Source: the human T2T-CHM13v2.0 reference genome, Homo sapiens | Strand: one strand, 5' to 3' | Assembly (NCBI RefSeq): GCF_009914755.1 | Contig: NC_060934.1 | DNA: 64,000 nt | Shown here: positions 1-11,646 of the stretch, in pieces | Numbering within the stretch: the first letter of the stretch is position 1 | How the letters are laid out: each line of letters starts with the position of its first letter | Translations under genes and position numbers: made by a program | The notes under the pieces: generated by a model | What the model was told of the DNA's origin: nothing | What the model saw: only the letters and a program-made list of their open reading frames with translations | Databases searched by the model: none

Positions 1-473
1 ATCATTGACCAGACATTCTACACAGTGGTTCAAAATAACATGTAGAGAAAGGACTGTTATTATCTCATAAAGACATGCATTATTCAACCCAGTCCTTTTA
101 AAATAGCTGCTTTAAGCTCACATTAATTGACATTCCAATAAGGCAAGGAACAAAGGTTGGATTCTTTGGGTTAAGATAGCACTGCCTTGTAATATAAAAT
201 ATGCATATAAAAACACTTGGTCTGTGGAATATATTTCCTAATTTCATCCTAAAAAACACATTGATGACATTTTCAATGTAGGATTAATGATATTACAATG
301 CTTATTATTGATTTGCATAATGAGTGATGCAATGAGCATTAATGATTTTTCCATTACATTCCAAATAAAAATGTTCCTCCAGTAATAGAAAGTCTCCTTG
401 ATGAATGAGTGACCTGCATTTCAGTGAGGACTGAAACTGAATCCTATACATTTTTACCTTCTTCTCCCATTAG

Positions 474-534
474 GCTTCAGGATGAAGCAACCAAGCTTGA
501 CGACATCAAAGAAATGATTCTAAATCAAGCATGA
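474..534 (+). CDS. Candidate terminal coding exon (C-terminus ...LQDEATKLDDIKEMILNQA*) of an unidentified gene entering from upstream
   Basis: Polypyrimidine tract plus AG (ttttaccttcttctcccattag, AG at 472-473). Open frame 475-534 ends in TGA and gives an amphipathic-helix-like peptide. AATAAA follows at 598-603. Gene not recognised. Confidence 0.35.
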
Positions 535-597
535 AGAATTTGCCAAGGAGCGATTGCCTGTTGAGGGAGGTTTTGAAAGTTCTTTACTGGAAATATG

Positions 598-603
598 AAT
601 AAA
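598..603 (+). terminator. Candidate polyadenylation signal AATAAA
   Basis: Canonical hexamer 64 nt after the candidate stop codon, with a GT-rich stretch at ~649-662. The hexamer is common in AT-rich DNA. Confidence 0.3.
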
Positions 604-654
604 TGAAGTTAATTTCAATGGCAAAAGATGGTTATTATAAAACTAATACGTGTT

Positions 655-993
655 GTGTGTTGAGTAATAGCTCCCCAAGGATATGTCTATGTTCTCATAC
701 TCAGACCTTGTGAATGTGACCTTCTTTGGAAAAAGGGTTTTTGCAGATGCTCAGGACCTTGAGATGAGTAAGATCCTCCTGGATTACATGGGTGGACCCT
801 AAATCCAGTGACAAGTACAAGTATCCTCATAAAAGTCAGAAGAGGAGAAGACATGAGCACACAAAGAGAGAAGGAAATATAACCATGGACGTGAAGATTG
901 GAGTATGCTCCTAAATGGTCAGGAACCACGGGACTCACCAGAGGCTGGAAGAGGCAGGGAAGGATCCTTCCCTAAAGCCAGTGGAGAGAACGT
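655..993 (+). mobile_element. MLT1 (MLT1B/C-like) MaLR LTR
   Basis: Typical MLT1 motifs: tgtgaatgtgaccttctttggaaaaaggg, ggtggaccctaaatccagtgac, gaggctggaagaggcagggaaggatccttcccta. Confidence 0.85.
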
Positions 994-1327
994 AGGATTT
1001 CCACAAGATCTTCTGGGACGTGGTGCCCAGACCTTGGAGGAAAAGTACATGGAAACAAATAAAATAATTTGGTTGTGCCAGTGCATTTGGGAGATTTAAT
1101 TCAGAAGATGCATTCACCAGACTGATCAGGAAAAGCAAAAGACCAGTATTTGCCTGGAAGCAAAAGTAATACTGTCACAAAGGCTGATATTCTTATCCTG
1201 CAAAGCCCACATATTCTCTTGTATGGGAATCCCTACAGGGGAAACCAGATGGAAATCAAACATTGTTTGTTGAGCATGAAATCAGAACTAAAGGGATTAG
1301 TTAGCCAATTTTATTATTTAATGGCAC

Positions 1328-1668
1328 TGATATGGTTTGGCTGTGTCCCCACCCAAATCTCATCTTGAATTCCCACGTGTTTGGGGAAGGACCCGGTGGG
1401 AGGTAATTGAATCAAAGGGCAGGTCTTTCCCATGCTGTTCTCGTGATAGTGAATAAGTCTCATGAGATCTGGTGGTTTTATAAGTGGGAGTTTTCCTGTA
1501 AATGCTCTCTCTCTTTTCCTGCTGCCATCCATCTCCTTTTTGCCTTCTGCCATGATTGTGAGGCCTCCCCACCCACATGGAGCTGTAAGTCCCATAAACC
1601 TTTTTCTCTGTATAAATTAGCCAGTCTCGGGTATGTCTTTATTAGCAGCATGAAAACGGACTAATACA
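1328..1668 (+). mobile_element. THE1 solo LTR (THE1A-C like)
   Basis: Starts TGATATGGTTTGGCTGTGTCCCCACCCAAATCTCATCTTGAATT and ends GCATGAAAACGGACTAATACA. Degenerate 5-bp TSD ggcac/atcac. Confidence 0.95.
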
Positions 1669-3129
1669 ATCACTGAAGCTAAATAGCCTAAACATCTATT
1701 CCCTGATAGAGATTTTATTGTCAATAAGATAGAATATTAAAAATCTACTTTTTAAGCCTCCCTTTTTTGATGTCACTGGGAGTGTTTGTGCACATCTTTT
1801 CACTTGTTTTTCTCTTATTTGGAACCCTGATAAGTCTAGCTCGTCTAGCAGCCCACTCATAGTTTTTAAGTGACTATTTTTTTCTGCTCTAATCCATTAG
1901 AAGTTGTTTTGAGGTTAACTGTCAGAGGGCATTTTCCCCCAATTACCCACTTCTGCTGCTAGCTGCTCACTGCAAATCCTTGTTGGTTAGCAAGCTGCAA
2001 TTCTGGCTGCCAAGGTGTGTACATGCCTATGACATTACGCTTATCTTTACCTATCTATAATCCAAATCCAGACTCTCAAAACTTTGTAGATAAAATTAAA
2101 TTGGATGGCACAAGTAACTGACCTTTAGATAAAGCTATCTGAAAGAATTTCAGTTAGATGTGACAAAATAAGAACATAAAAATGTAAGGCTTCTCCAGAG
2201 AGAGACAGCTGATAAATGCTTAGAAAAGCAACTTCTTTTCTAAAATTATTCACTGTGTTATCAAAAGAAAAATTATCACATATTAAGCCAAATATGCTTT
2301 CTGAACATTTCCTACTTTGAAAGAAGAACTATATCTTACCAGAAAAAAAAAAAAACTGCAACTGGAACATAGTCTGTGCCATTCACTGGAGACATTTAAA
2401 ACCTTATTCATAAAAGGCCAAATATTAACAACGTGATAAAAACTGAAAATTAAGTTTTTGTTTTCATAGAACATTGTTGGCTGCAGTATTTACTACATTG
2501 TGGCTCTGTAATTATTCCGAATTTACCATATAAAAGATTTTCATTTATAGCTTTAGGATGAAGTGACTACTTAGCATGCATACAAATGGAAAATTCCAGC
2601 TTCTGCTATTCTAATGCCTTTTACTGATGAAAATGTAATTCTTATTTTTAGATTTTAGAAGATGGAAACTGTAGTCAGAAAAAAATTGCTAGACTGCATT
2701 TGCTGTTCCACTTAAATTAAATGATATCGTATTTATTCCTCAGGTAAATTGGTTTTCACAAGTATATACCAGCATATCAGACACCAGACCCTATTTCCCC
2801 CCACATATAATCTATTTTTGGTGACATTTTCCATCAATGATTAGGCATAGGGCCACAGATCTGTTAAATTATTAAATCACAGTGTACTAATGCAGGATCT
2901 CCTTAAAAAATTGTCATAGAATTTTTCTTCCTCCAAAGTAGTAGATCAGACAAAATGAGCTGGATTTTCTGAAAATGCATTTAATTCTGAAGCCTGACTT
3001 ACAGGCTAAGAAGTGCATATACTCAGGGCACACACTTCAGTCTAGACTTAGAATGTATTTTTCAGGGTTGCATTTCTTAAGGACTAGAATCTATTGAAGC
3101 CAACTCTGGCATGTTACTTTTTAAAAGAA

Positions 3130-3420
3130 GGCTGTCCTGGCTCAAATGTCTGCTGGTTGTCTCTGTCACACAGCATGCTTCATCCTCCTTAGGACCAAAT
3201 GGGTAGCTCAAGTATGTCTTTCTCATAGTGATGAATGCTGTGAAGAGAAAAAGCAAATACAATTGCACAAACACTTTCCCAGCATCTTCTTGCATCATAT
3301 TGGCCTGGCCAAAGTGAGTCTTGGAACTGAGGCCAGGCAGAAGGTGGAACATCACTGCAATGTTCTGGGGAAAAGGGCAAACATTCTTGGAAGGGGACCA
3401 GATTTTTTTCAATCTGTGAT
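3130..3420 (-). mobile_element. MLT1H/I/J-like LTR fragment
   Basis: catcctccttaggaccaaatgggtagctcaagtatgtctttctcatagtg...tggccaaagtgagtc resembles the reverse strand of old MLT1 LTRs. Confidence 0.6.
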
Positions 3421-4031
3421 AGTCAATGTTCTACCCATAATTCTCACTGTCTTCCCACTTTAAAAAACATGCTTAAATCCATCACTAGGATCTTCTCACG
3501 TCGCCTCCCATGTTGAGTTTCGTTTTGTCCAGGGTCCTGTGACCTGTTTTACATTCATGTTTCTCTCTTCTTCATCTTGAGAACTGTGAACTAAAGAGAC
3601 AATGATTTGCCTCTGAAACACAAAATGTACCTAGTGAGAGAGAGACAGATTCCCTGCAATGAACACTTTCACATGAAAAAGGAAAGCAATGATAAATAGC
3701 CGTTTCTGGTCCATAGTGATTCTGAAATCTGTTGAGTAAATGCTGCGAGTCCTCTTTCACCTGGGGGCAAGGATTTTTTCTGCCTTCTGATAGAGCTTCC
3801 TTCACTCTTCTGTAAATACACTGGAAAAAGCACCTTCTATACAGCTTTCTACCATGGAAAGTTTTGGGTCCAGAAACTGTCGTATATTTTAGTCATTTTA
3901 ATCTGCTGTTTTCTATAGCTTTTGCAAGAGCAACCAATTTAAGAAATAAGCAGTCAAATGAACAAAAAACTAAAAAGCCATGTATAATTTTTGTTTCAGA
4001 TTTTAGTTTCCTTCTTGCACCAAAAGCCTTC

Positions 4032-4130
4032 TGTGTGTGTGTATGTGTGTGTGCATGTGTGTATATGTGCGTGTGTGTTTGTGTGTGTGCATGTGTGTGT
4101 GCATGTGTGTGTGTGCGTGTGCATCTGTGT
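4032..4130. repeat. Imperfect (TG)n microsatellite
   Basis: About 100 bp of TG with TA/CA/CG interruptions. Confidence 0.95.
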
Positions 4131-4584
4131 CAATGCTTTACTTTCTAGACATGAATAAGACCTACCGTGGGTAGGTCAGGCTGCTATGGAACAATAAAAT
4201 TAAATTTGTAGAACCTCTTTTTTCTTTTTTTTTAAGATTCAGCTAGGAATACCTTACTAGGCATCAGCTTGGTTTGTTTTTTTCTGATGACTTAACGATA
4301 AAGATCGTTGGTTTTATTTTTACCTTGAGGCCATTTTAATGTGACACAATTTTCTTTGCTAGAGAGGAAGAGAAAGAAAAACATATTTACTTTCTAACCC
4401 ACGGAAATCCCAGAATTTCTGAAATTTATGTAATAGTTTATTTGAATTATGCCTCAAAATCGGCTATTTCATTATTTATTTCATGTCTCTCCCGATGTTC
4501 AGTCATATATGCAGCTACTAAGAGACAGGAGATACTTTCATCCATATACTTACAGGTTCTCCTCTACAAACCCAAAGAGCCAGG

Positions 4585-4586
<2 letters not shown>

Positions 4587-4632
<46 letters not shown>
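4587..4632. repeat. Pure (GT)23 microsatellite
   Basis: Read directly from the sequence. Confidence 0.97.
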
Positions 4633-4634
<2 letters not shown>

Positions 4635-4889
4635 TTTAAATATATATACTTAAATGTTCTAAGTGACTATATGTAATGTTTTGAGTTTGTTTTCTAAACC
4701 TTCTCAAGTATTTAACTAGGGTTATTATTTTCTAAGCTGTCTATAACATTTTCCTTGCCATTTTCCAACATTATATTAGGTTTTTTTTTTAATCACTTTT
4801 AACTTCCAACCACCACTTTGTCCCAAAACAAATGTCAAAATCTTAGATTTTCGTTAGGAAAGCACTGCGGTGTGATAGCATGATTGCTG

Positions 4890-5380
4890 ATCTATTAATT
4901 GCCACAGTAGTACTGCATGAGAAACAACCATAAAACTTCTGACACAAGACACATAAATGTCTGCGGAGGTCACAAGCGTGCAAGCTGGCATTCTGGCTGT
5001 GGGCGGTGGGTGGCACGTTTGATTCCTGCAAGGCTTGCCCGTGCTCTCTGGAAGTTGACAGCTGAATGTCTGATGGGTCCATTGGATTGACATTGACAAC
5101 TCAAATCCACTGTCTTCTCTCATCCTCTTCCTGGGATCTGTGGGCTAGTCTCAGGACGTCCTTCTTGTGGCAGTGACAGGGCAAGGCCAGCAAGGTCAGA
5201 CATCATTACACTCACACTTCTCCAGCTCTAGCCTGCATCACTTTGCTAACATTCCCTTCGTCAAAATGAGTTAAGTGTCCAGCTTAAGATCAGATTAGGA
5301 TACCTCTGAAAGCCTCATGAGAAAGAGTGATAATGCTGGAAAAGAGGAAAAATAAGGGCCAATTTGGGAATCTATTACAT
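4890..5380 (-). mobile_element. MLT1I/H-like LTR
   Basis: attgccacagtagtactgcatgagaaacaaccataaaact at one end; ctctcatcctcttcctggga...gcatcactttgctaacattccc internally. Confidence 0.65.
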
Positions 5381-6096
5381 AGTGAATGTCAGCTTCCAGT
5401 TTCTAAGTAAAGGTAAATTTCAGAACATTATTATGGTCCAGAGAGATGGAGTACAACAGACTAATATATGATGAAAGTGAATACACACACTTCGGAATGC
5501 ACAAATCAGTTTCAGAAATATGAGGCCTCCGCTATACAAGAATCGTGTACGAGTAAAACATTAAATCAAGGACTGAAGAGTATAATGGATCCTTAAAAAA
5601 TAGTATATTTTTCCTTTCATTATAGAGGAAGAACATTCTATTCATTCTTCCCTACTGCCTCATTCACAAAAGAGGGAAAAGGCCATCACATGCACCAGAA
5701 GAAAACACTGCAACAGAAGTTTGAAAACAAACTCCAGAGGAACGGGAACAACTCTCATGTAGTTCATCTGGGGCCAAGTGTAGGGATTTGTGTCTAATGA
5801 GAAGACTGAGCAACACTGTCTAGAAACATGGATTGCTTGATGGTGTTTCTTAAATTTCCAGATATTTTGACAATCTTTCACGAGTGGCACATCCACCGCA
5901 AGTGTATTATTCAAGCATATAGTCATACATGGACAAAGAATTTCTATTAATTAGGAATTACACTCATGTGCTCTGCTGATTAAGAGCAAGACCAGCACCT
6001 CTCCAAGTGTGTCTTCCAAGCGTCCCCCGAAGACAGAATAAAATTAAATTAAACAGAAGCACCTCAAGAAGCAAGATATAAAAACATGAGTTTGTG

Positions 6097-6357
6097 TTAA
6101 ATCTCTTGTTTTATATCAATCAAGCATGAACACTTCTGCTCTACATACACTCAAGTGTACAAACACACCACATGCTTTCTTCCCACATCTACATAGAAGA
6201 CTGATGACCAGTGACAAGCACTGCATTTAAATCTCTTGTTTTATATCAATCATGCATGAACACTCCTGCTCTACTTACACTCAAGTGTACAAAAACACCG
6301 CATGCTTTCTTCCAATGTCTACAAAGAAGACTGATGACCAGTGACAAACACTGCATT
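6097..6357. repeat. 130-bp direct tandem duplication (2 copies)
   Basis: 6097-6226 vs 6227-6356: 10 substitutions by manual alignment, no indels. Confidence 0.95.
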
Positions 6358-7187
6358 CATGCTTTGTGTTCCTCTATTTCTGGACACGAGGTAGCCGAGA
6401 CAGGGATGTTTGAAGGCAAATATAGGAAAATACATAAATATATTTAAATTTATCAATCAGTAATTTTGCACACTTTATGGCTATAAATTGAAAAATAAAA
6501 TTAAGAAAATTAAATGTATCTATAGTCCTAACACCAAAAATAGTCACTGTAGATATTTTATTGTGTATCATTTGAATATTATTTCTATGAATATATATAT
6601 GCGCTTCCAAACAAGAGAAGTGATGGTATTTTCTATCTATAAAATCTTTCAAAACTATATTTTAACTGGGTGGTAAATAATATCATACTCATCTTACAAC
6701 ATTGAGGTCTTTCTTTTTAAACCTTTATATCTCTCTTTTTTTAAATAATATTGCTTAGTTATATTTTTAGGTAGAAAATCTATTAACATGTCACAATTTG
6801 CTACTTTTGTGAATAATTTATATCAGTTTAAAATAATTAATATTTGACTGATTTTTGCTTTTCACTGTTAGCCCTTCTCTTTATTTTTCAATAAAAGATC
6901 CTTTTTTTTTGGCTTAAAGATGGAGAAGAAAGTATCCAAGGCAAGTGTTTTGTGAGAAGTCAAGTGGGAAAAGCTAGCAAAAGATGGGCCAGGATCGTAT
7001 AGCAGTTCTTACAAGGCACCGCCAAATGCCCTGCTCTCTGGAAGCCTATACTACCAATTTCAGCTCAAAAGTCTCATCTTGCTCTGATTTCTGGCACAGT
7101 TCATTTGCTGCGTCACTTCCTTGACACCTGAAGCAGGCTTGTGTCCGCTGTTGCTGCCGTCCCTCCCATAGGTCCTCCCTGGGACCA

Positions 7188-7342
7188 ACTATGATTCCTG
7201 AGGAAAGCATGGGAACCCTTGAAGCCCAGTGATGGAGCTCAGACCCTGTAGCCCCACCGCCTGCACTATGATTCCTGAGGAAAGCATGGGGATCCTTGAA
7301 GCCCAGTGATGGAGCTCAGACCCTGTAGCCCCCACCACCTGC
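7188..7342. repeat. 77-bp direct tandem duplication (2 copies)
   Basis: 7188-7264 vs 7265-7342: 3 substitutions and a 1-bp indel. Confidence 0.95.
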
Positions 7343-7394
7343 TCATGAACTCGGCCGCTACACTTGGACAGGAGCCCTGGGCATGCTACTCATC

Positions 7395-7530
7395 CTCTAC
7401 ATGGCTCATGGCCTGTCCCTGAAAAATGAGTGAATAACAAAACCTTCCTAACAGGGTTGCTTGGAGGTTTGCAGGAGGTGATACGTGTGAAGTGTTCAGT
7501 GCAGGGCCTGACACACGTCCAGTGTTGGAC
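7395..7530 (+). mobile_element. MIR SINE fragment
   Basis: ctgaaaaatgagtgaataacaaaaccttcctaacagggttgc...gtgaagtgttcagtgcagggcctgacaca matches the MIR core. Confidence 0.7.
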
Positions 7531-9154
7531 ATGTTCTGCATTTTCATGATGAAAGAAGGTAGGATGTGCATGGCCTCATGCCTCTACTTTATCTGAGCGG
7601 ATTAACTGGCTGTCCTCATCACTGGCTCCTGTGCTGGCTGCTAGATCTGCATGTGCTGCCCATCGTGGTTGTTTGCTCACTCTCAGGGCATGTGCAGATA
7701 GATGTGATAAGTCTTGAACCTTTATTCTTCCCATGAGGTTTTTAACTATCCCTGCATTCTCTTTCCTCCTATCTCTCCTTCCACGCTTCCCCATCCCTGT
7801 CCTCTTTCTGTTCTTTCCTTCTTTCATCTCCTTTCCTCCTTTCACTCACACATACACATCCATGATGAGCTCAGGCGAATTGGACTCTGCTTTGTCCCCA
7901 CTCTGAGTTGTTGCTTATTGAGTCTTTCCTTCTGTGCTCAGCTAACATTAACAGCGCCTTTGTCAACCTCTCTTTTTAGAAATAACCTTGCCTCTTACCA
8001 AAAATCTGATGCAGAAGCCACAGCTAGAGGGGACAGACTGTGGCTCATTTTGGTTTGCTGCAATGTCTCAAAGGACATTGTTATCTACTCTAAGAGCTTC
8101 AGTTTTCATCTACTCCCTAAAAGTGCACTCGGTAATTGCACGCGAAGCATCTGACAAAATCAACTCATTGCAAAAATGCTTTGCAAACTAGATATACAAG
8201 AGAATCTCCTCAACCTGACATAGCCCATCTGTGAAAATCCCACAGCTAACATCATAACTGAGGGTAAAAGACTTGAATGCTTTCTGCCTAGGACTGGGGA
8301 AGAACACGAGAAGTCTGTTCTATTTCTATTTGAGATTGTACTGAAGGCTGTAGCTGACATAATGAAGCAAGATGATATATAAAAGGTATGAGTCAGAAGT
8401 GAAGAAGCAAAACTGTCTCTTATTAGAGATGATGTGGCTCTGTATGTAGAAATCTCAAGGTACTTAAAAAAGGTTATTAGAACTAATAAGTGAGCTTAGC
8501 AATGCCATGGAATACAAGGTCGATGTGCCAAAATTAATTGTGTATTTCTATACACAGCAAGAGCAATTGAAAACTGAAATGTTTCAAGAGTGCCATCTAA
8601 AATATCAGTTAAAACAGAAACAAGTGACACTTAGTACTAATTTAACAAAATATGGGCAAGATCAGAAAAGCACAAAACATCATTGAGGGAATTAAATACA
8701 TATGTTTTCATGAACTAAATGACTCAGAATAGTTAAGAAGCCTATTCTGTTCAATTTAATCTAAAAATTCAATAAAATTTCAATAGAAGCTTCACTAGTT
8801 TTTGCTTGTATAAATTTACATAAATATTTAAAATGCAATTTTAATTTAATATAAATTAAATTTAAAAATACATTTTAAATATATGAGGACATTCAGAATG
8901 ACCTAGAATATTCAAAATCATTTTTAATAGCACAGGTAGAATACTAATGTTATTTCATTCAAGACTGATAATAACCCTACAGTAATCAAGCTAATGTATT
9001 ATTGGGAGGAAACAGGTATATAGATGAGAGATAGACTAATAAACATTGAAGAGAGAGGAAGGTCCAGAAATAGATCCACACTTCCATTATATACTGTTTT
9101 TTGACAAAGAGGCCAAGTTAATTCAATGGAAAAAGGATAATTGTTTAGCAACTG

Positions 9155-9218
9155 ATATTAGAAACACATATTTGTATGAGGGAAAAATATTAGAAACACA
9201 TATTTGTATGAGGGAGAA
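9155..9218. repeat. 32-bp tandem duplication inside L1
   Basis: atattagaaacacatatttgtatgaggga occurs twice with period 32. Confidence 0.9.
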
Positions 9219-9310
9219 ATAGCCTCTATCCTTATCTCATGTCATACAAGAAAACTAACTCAAAACTTAACAATCTCAGTATGAAAGTTGAAACTATGAA
9301 ATGTATATGA

Positions 9311-9628
9311 CTATATTGTTCATTATGGTGATTGCTAGCCACATGTAATTATTATACATTGAAAATACAGCTAAGTCCTACTTAAGATATACTAAAGGAG
9401 TAAAATGCACACCAGACATCAAAGGCTTAGTACTAAAAATGTTGAATAGCTTTTTAGTAAACTTTATATTGATTCTATGTTGGAATAATATTATTTTGGA
9501 TGTGTTAGATTCAATAAAATACTTTATTGAAATGAATTTTCCTCTTTCTTTTTACTTATTTAATGTGGCTACTGAAAAATTTTAAATGGCATATATAGCT
9601 CACATTGTATTGTCATTGGACAACATTG
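9311..9628 (-). mobile_element. MER33 (hAT-Charlie) nested in L1M
   Basis: About 320 bp: ctatattgttcattatgg..ctagccacatg..taaaatgcacaccaga..taatgtggctact..attggacaacattg matches the MER33 reverse strand. L1 resumes on both sides. Confidence 0.85.
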
Positions 9629-11277
9629 AGCTAGAAGAAAACTTAGGAAAAAGTTTTACAGTCTTGGGTTAGGAAAAGATTTCTTGAATAAGGCATGAAA
9701 TAAATTATAAGATGGCTTGATAAATGAGACTTCATCAAAATTTAAGTTTTCTAATCTTTAAAAGATATAGTTAAGAAAACAAGAAGGCAGTTAACAGACT
9801 AGAAAAAAATATGTGCAAGACACATATCAGAAAAAATAAACTTGTTTCTAGGAAATATAAGAAGTCATAACTCAAGAATAAGTAGATATCCAAAACTATT
9901 AACAATGAACAAACTGTGTGAACATACCCTTCAAATAAGAAGAGATATGAATGGCCCATAAGGCCTTGGAAGGCTCCTCAGCTCCATTAATTGTCAGGAA
10001 TCTGTATTAAAATCATGGTGAGAAACCACTGCACACCCACTGAAATGGTGGACATGAAGAAGACTATCAATGTCCAGTGTTGGTGGGAGTATGGGGCAAG
10101 TGGAACTCTCCTGGGTTACTGATGGGATTACAAAATGATACAGCCACTTTAAAACTTTTTGACATTGTATTATGAAGTTAAACCTAAGCTTACATATAGT
10201 AAAACTCAGAAATCCCACCTCTATGTATCTGCCCCAAAGAAATGAAAACATAAGTTCACGCAAACACATATACTCGAGTGTTTATAGCATTTTTGTTCAT
10301 AATAGCCAGCACCTGGGAACAGCAAATGCCCGTCAACACGGTCCTGGGTAAAAAAATTGTGTTGTTTTCCTACAATGGAAAAACGATCAATAATAAACAG
10401 GACTGAGGTATTGCAGCCTGCAGCAACATCGATGGATCACAAAAATATTTTTCTGAATGAGCAGACCCTGACACAAAAACAACCACACTAAATGGTACTG
10501 TGGGTGGGAAACTTTAGACAGGGCATGAAATCTATTCTGACAGCAAGTGTGGCAGTGTTTCCCTGGGCCCTGTGCTGGTGGTGGTTTGCAGGAAAAACAC
10601 ACAAGTGCTCTTTGTGGGCCAATGGAAACATCCTACCTCTTGAGTATGATGGTGGTCACACAAGGGCATCTATTTGTCAACACTCATCAAGGTGTACCCT
10701 TAAAGTGGCGCATGTCCTTGTATGCAGAACATACCTCAAAAAACCTAAAACAAATAACAGGGCATGGCAAAATCATTTCCTTTAAAAGAAAAAGGAACAA
10801 TTTTATACATTGATGTAGACTTTTGATGTGCAAATTAAACTCATAAGGAATGTCCTTGGTACCTCCATTTTACTGATAGCCAACTGAGAGACATCAGGAC
10901 GTGGCCAAAGACTAGAAATGTCAGAGTCAGGCTCGGCATCTGGTCTTGGAGAGCACATGTTCAATCCCAATCACACAGCCTCCCACAGTGACCTTGAGAG
11001 TCGGGCATAATGAGAGGCTGTGTAACTGCCAGTCTGTTTCCACATCAGGGTCTGGGGTAGCCATGGATGGTGATTAGAAAGGCCAGTGCACTGTGGCCTA
11101 CTTCCAAAGAATTGTGCACACTGTTAAATTCAGTCATAGAAGATATGTTATTAAATTGTAAGTCAGAGATCTTTGTTTTCACAGATGTTTCTTACCACTG
11201 ATTCATCAGGAAAAGACACTAAAAATATAAATAATACAGTTGCTTAAGTAGAGGAATACAGCCTCTGAGAGATGTGT

Positions 11278-11372
11278 AGGAGAAAGAAAGAGAGAAAGAA
11301 AAAGAAAGAAAGAGAGAGAGAGAAGAAAGAAAGAGAGAAAGAGAAAGAAAGAAAGAAAGAAAGAGAAAGAAA

Positions 11373-11403
<31 letters not shown>

Positions 11404-11646
11404 CAGAGAGGGAGGGAGGGAGGGAGGAAGGAAGGAGAGAAGAAAGAAAGAAAGAAAAAGAAAGAAAGAGAGAGAAAGGGAAAACAGGAGAGAGAGAAAG
11501 GGAGAAGGAGAGAGAGAAAGAAAAAGAAAAAAGAGGAAGAAAGAAAATAAGGAAGGAGGGAAAGAGGGAGGGAAGGAAAAACGGAGGGAAGGGAGGGAGG
11601 GAGGGAAGGAAAGATGGAGGGAAGGAAGGGAGGGAGAGAAAGAGGA
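11278..11646. repeat. ~370-bp polypurine (AAAG/GA/GGGA/GGAA) compound microsatellite
   Basis: Only about 5 pyrimidines in the tract on the + strand. Confidence 0.97.

Larger units (their letters stand above)
8148..10750 (+). mobile_element. Old L1M (L1ME-like) 3' ORF2 plus 3'UTR, degenerate
   Basis: ORF2 motifs (cccacagctaacatcata, ccagaaatagatccacac, attaaaatcatggtgagaaaccactgcacaccc). L1ME-type 3' end tttgtcaacactcatcaa...atacctcaaaaaa. Confidence 0.88.

Noticed and set aside
6195-7320. C/D-box snoRNA-like motifs (CTGATGA, GTGATG, CTGA) in the two tandem duplications
   Set aside because: No canonical RTGATGA...CTGA pair with a terminal stem.
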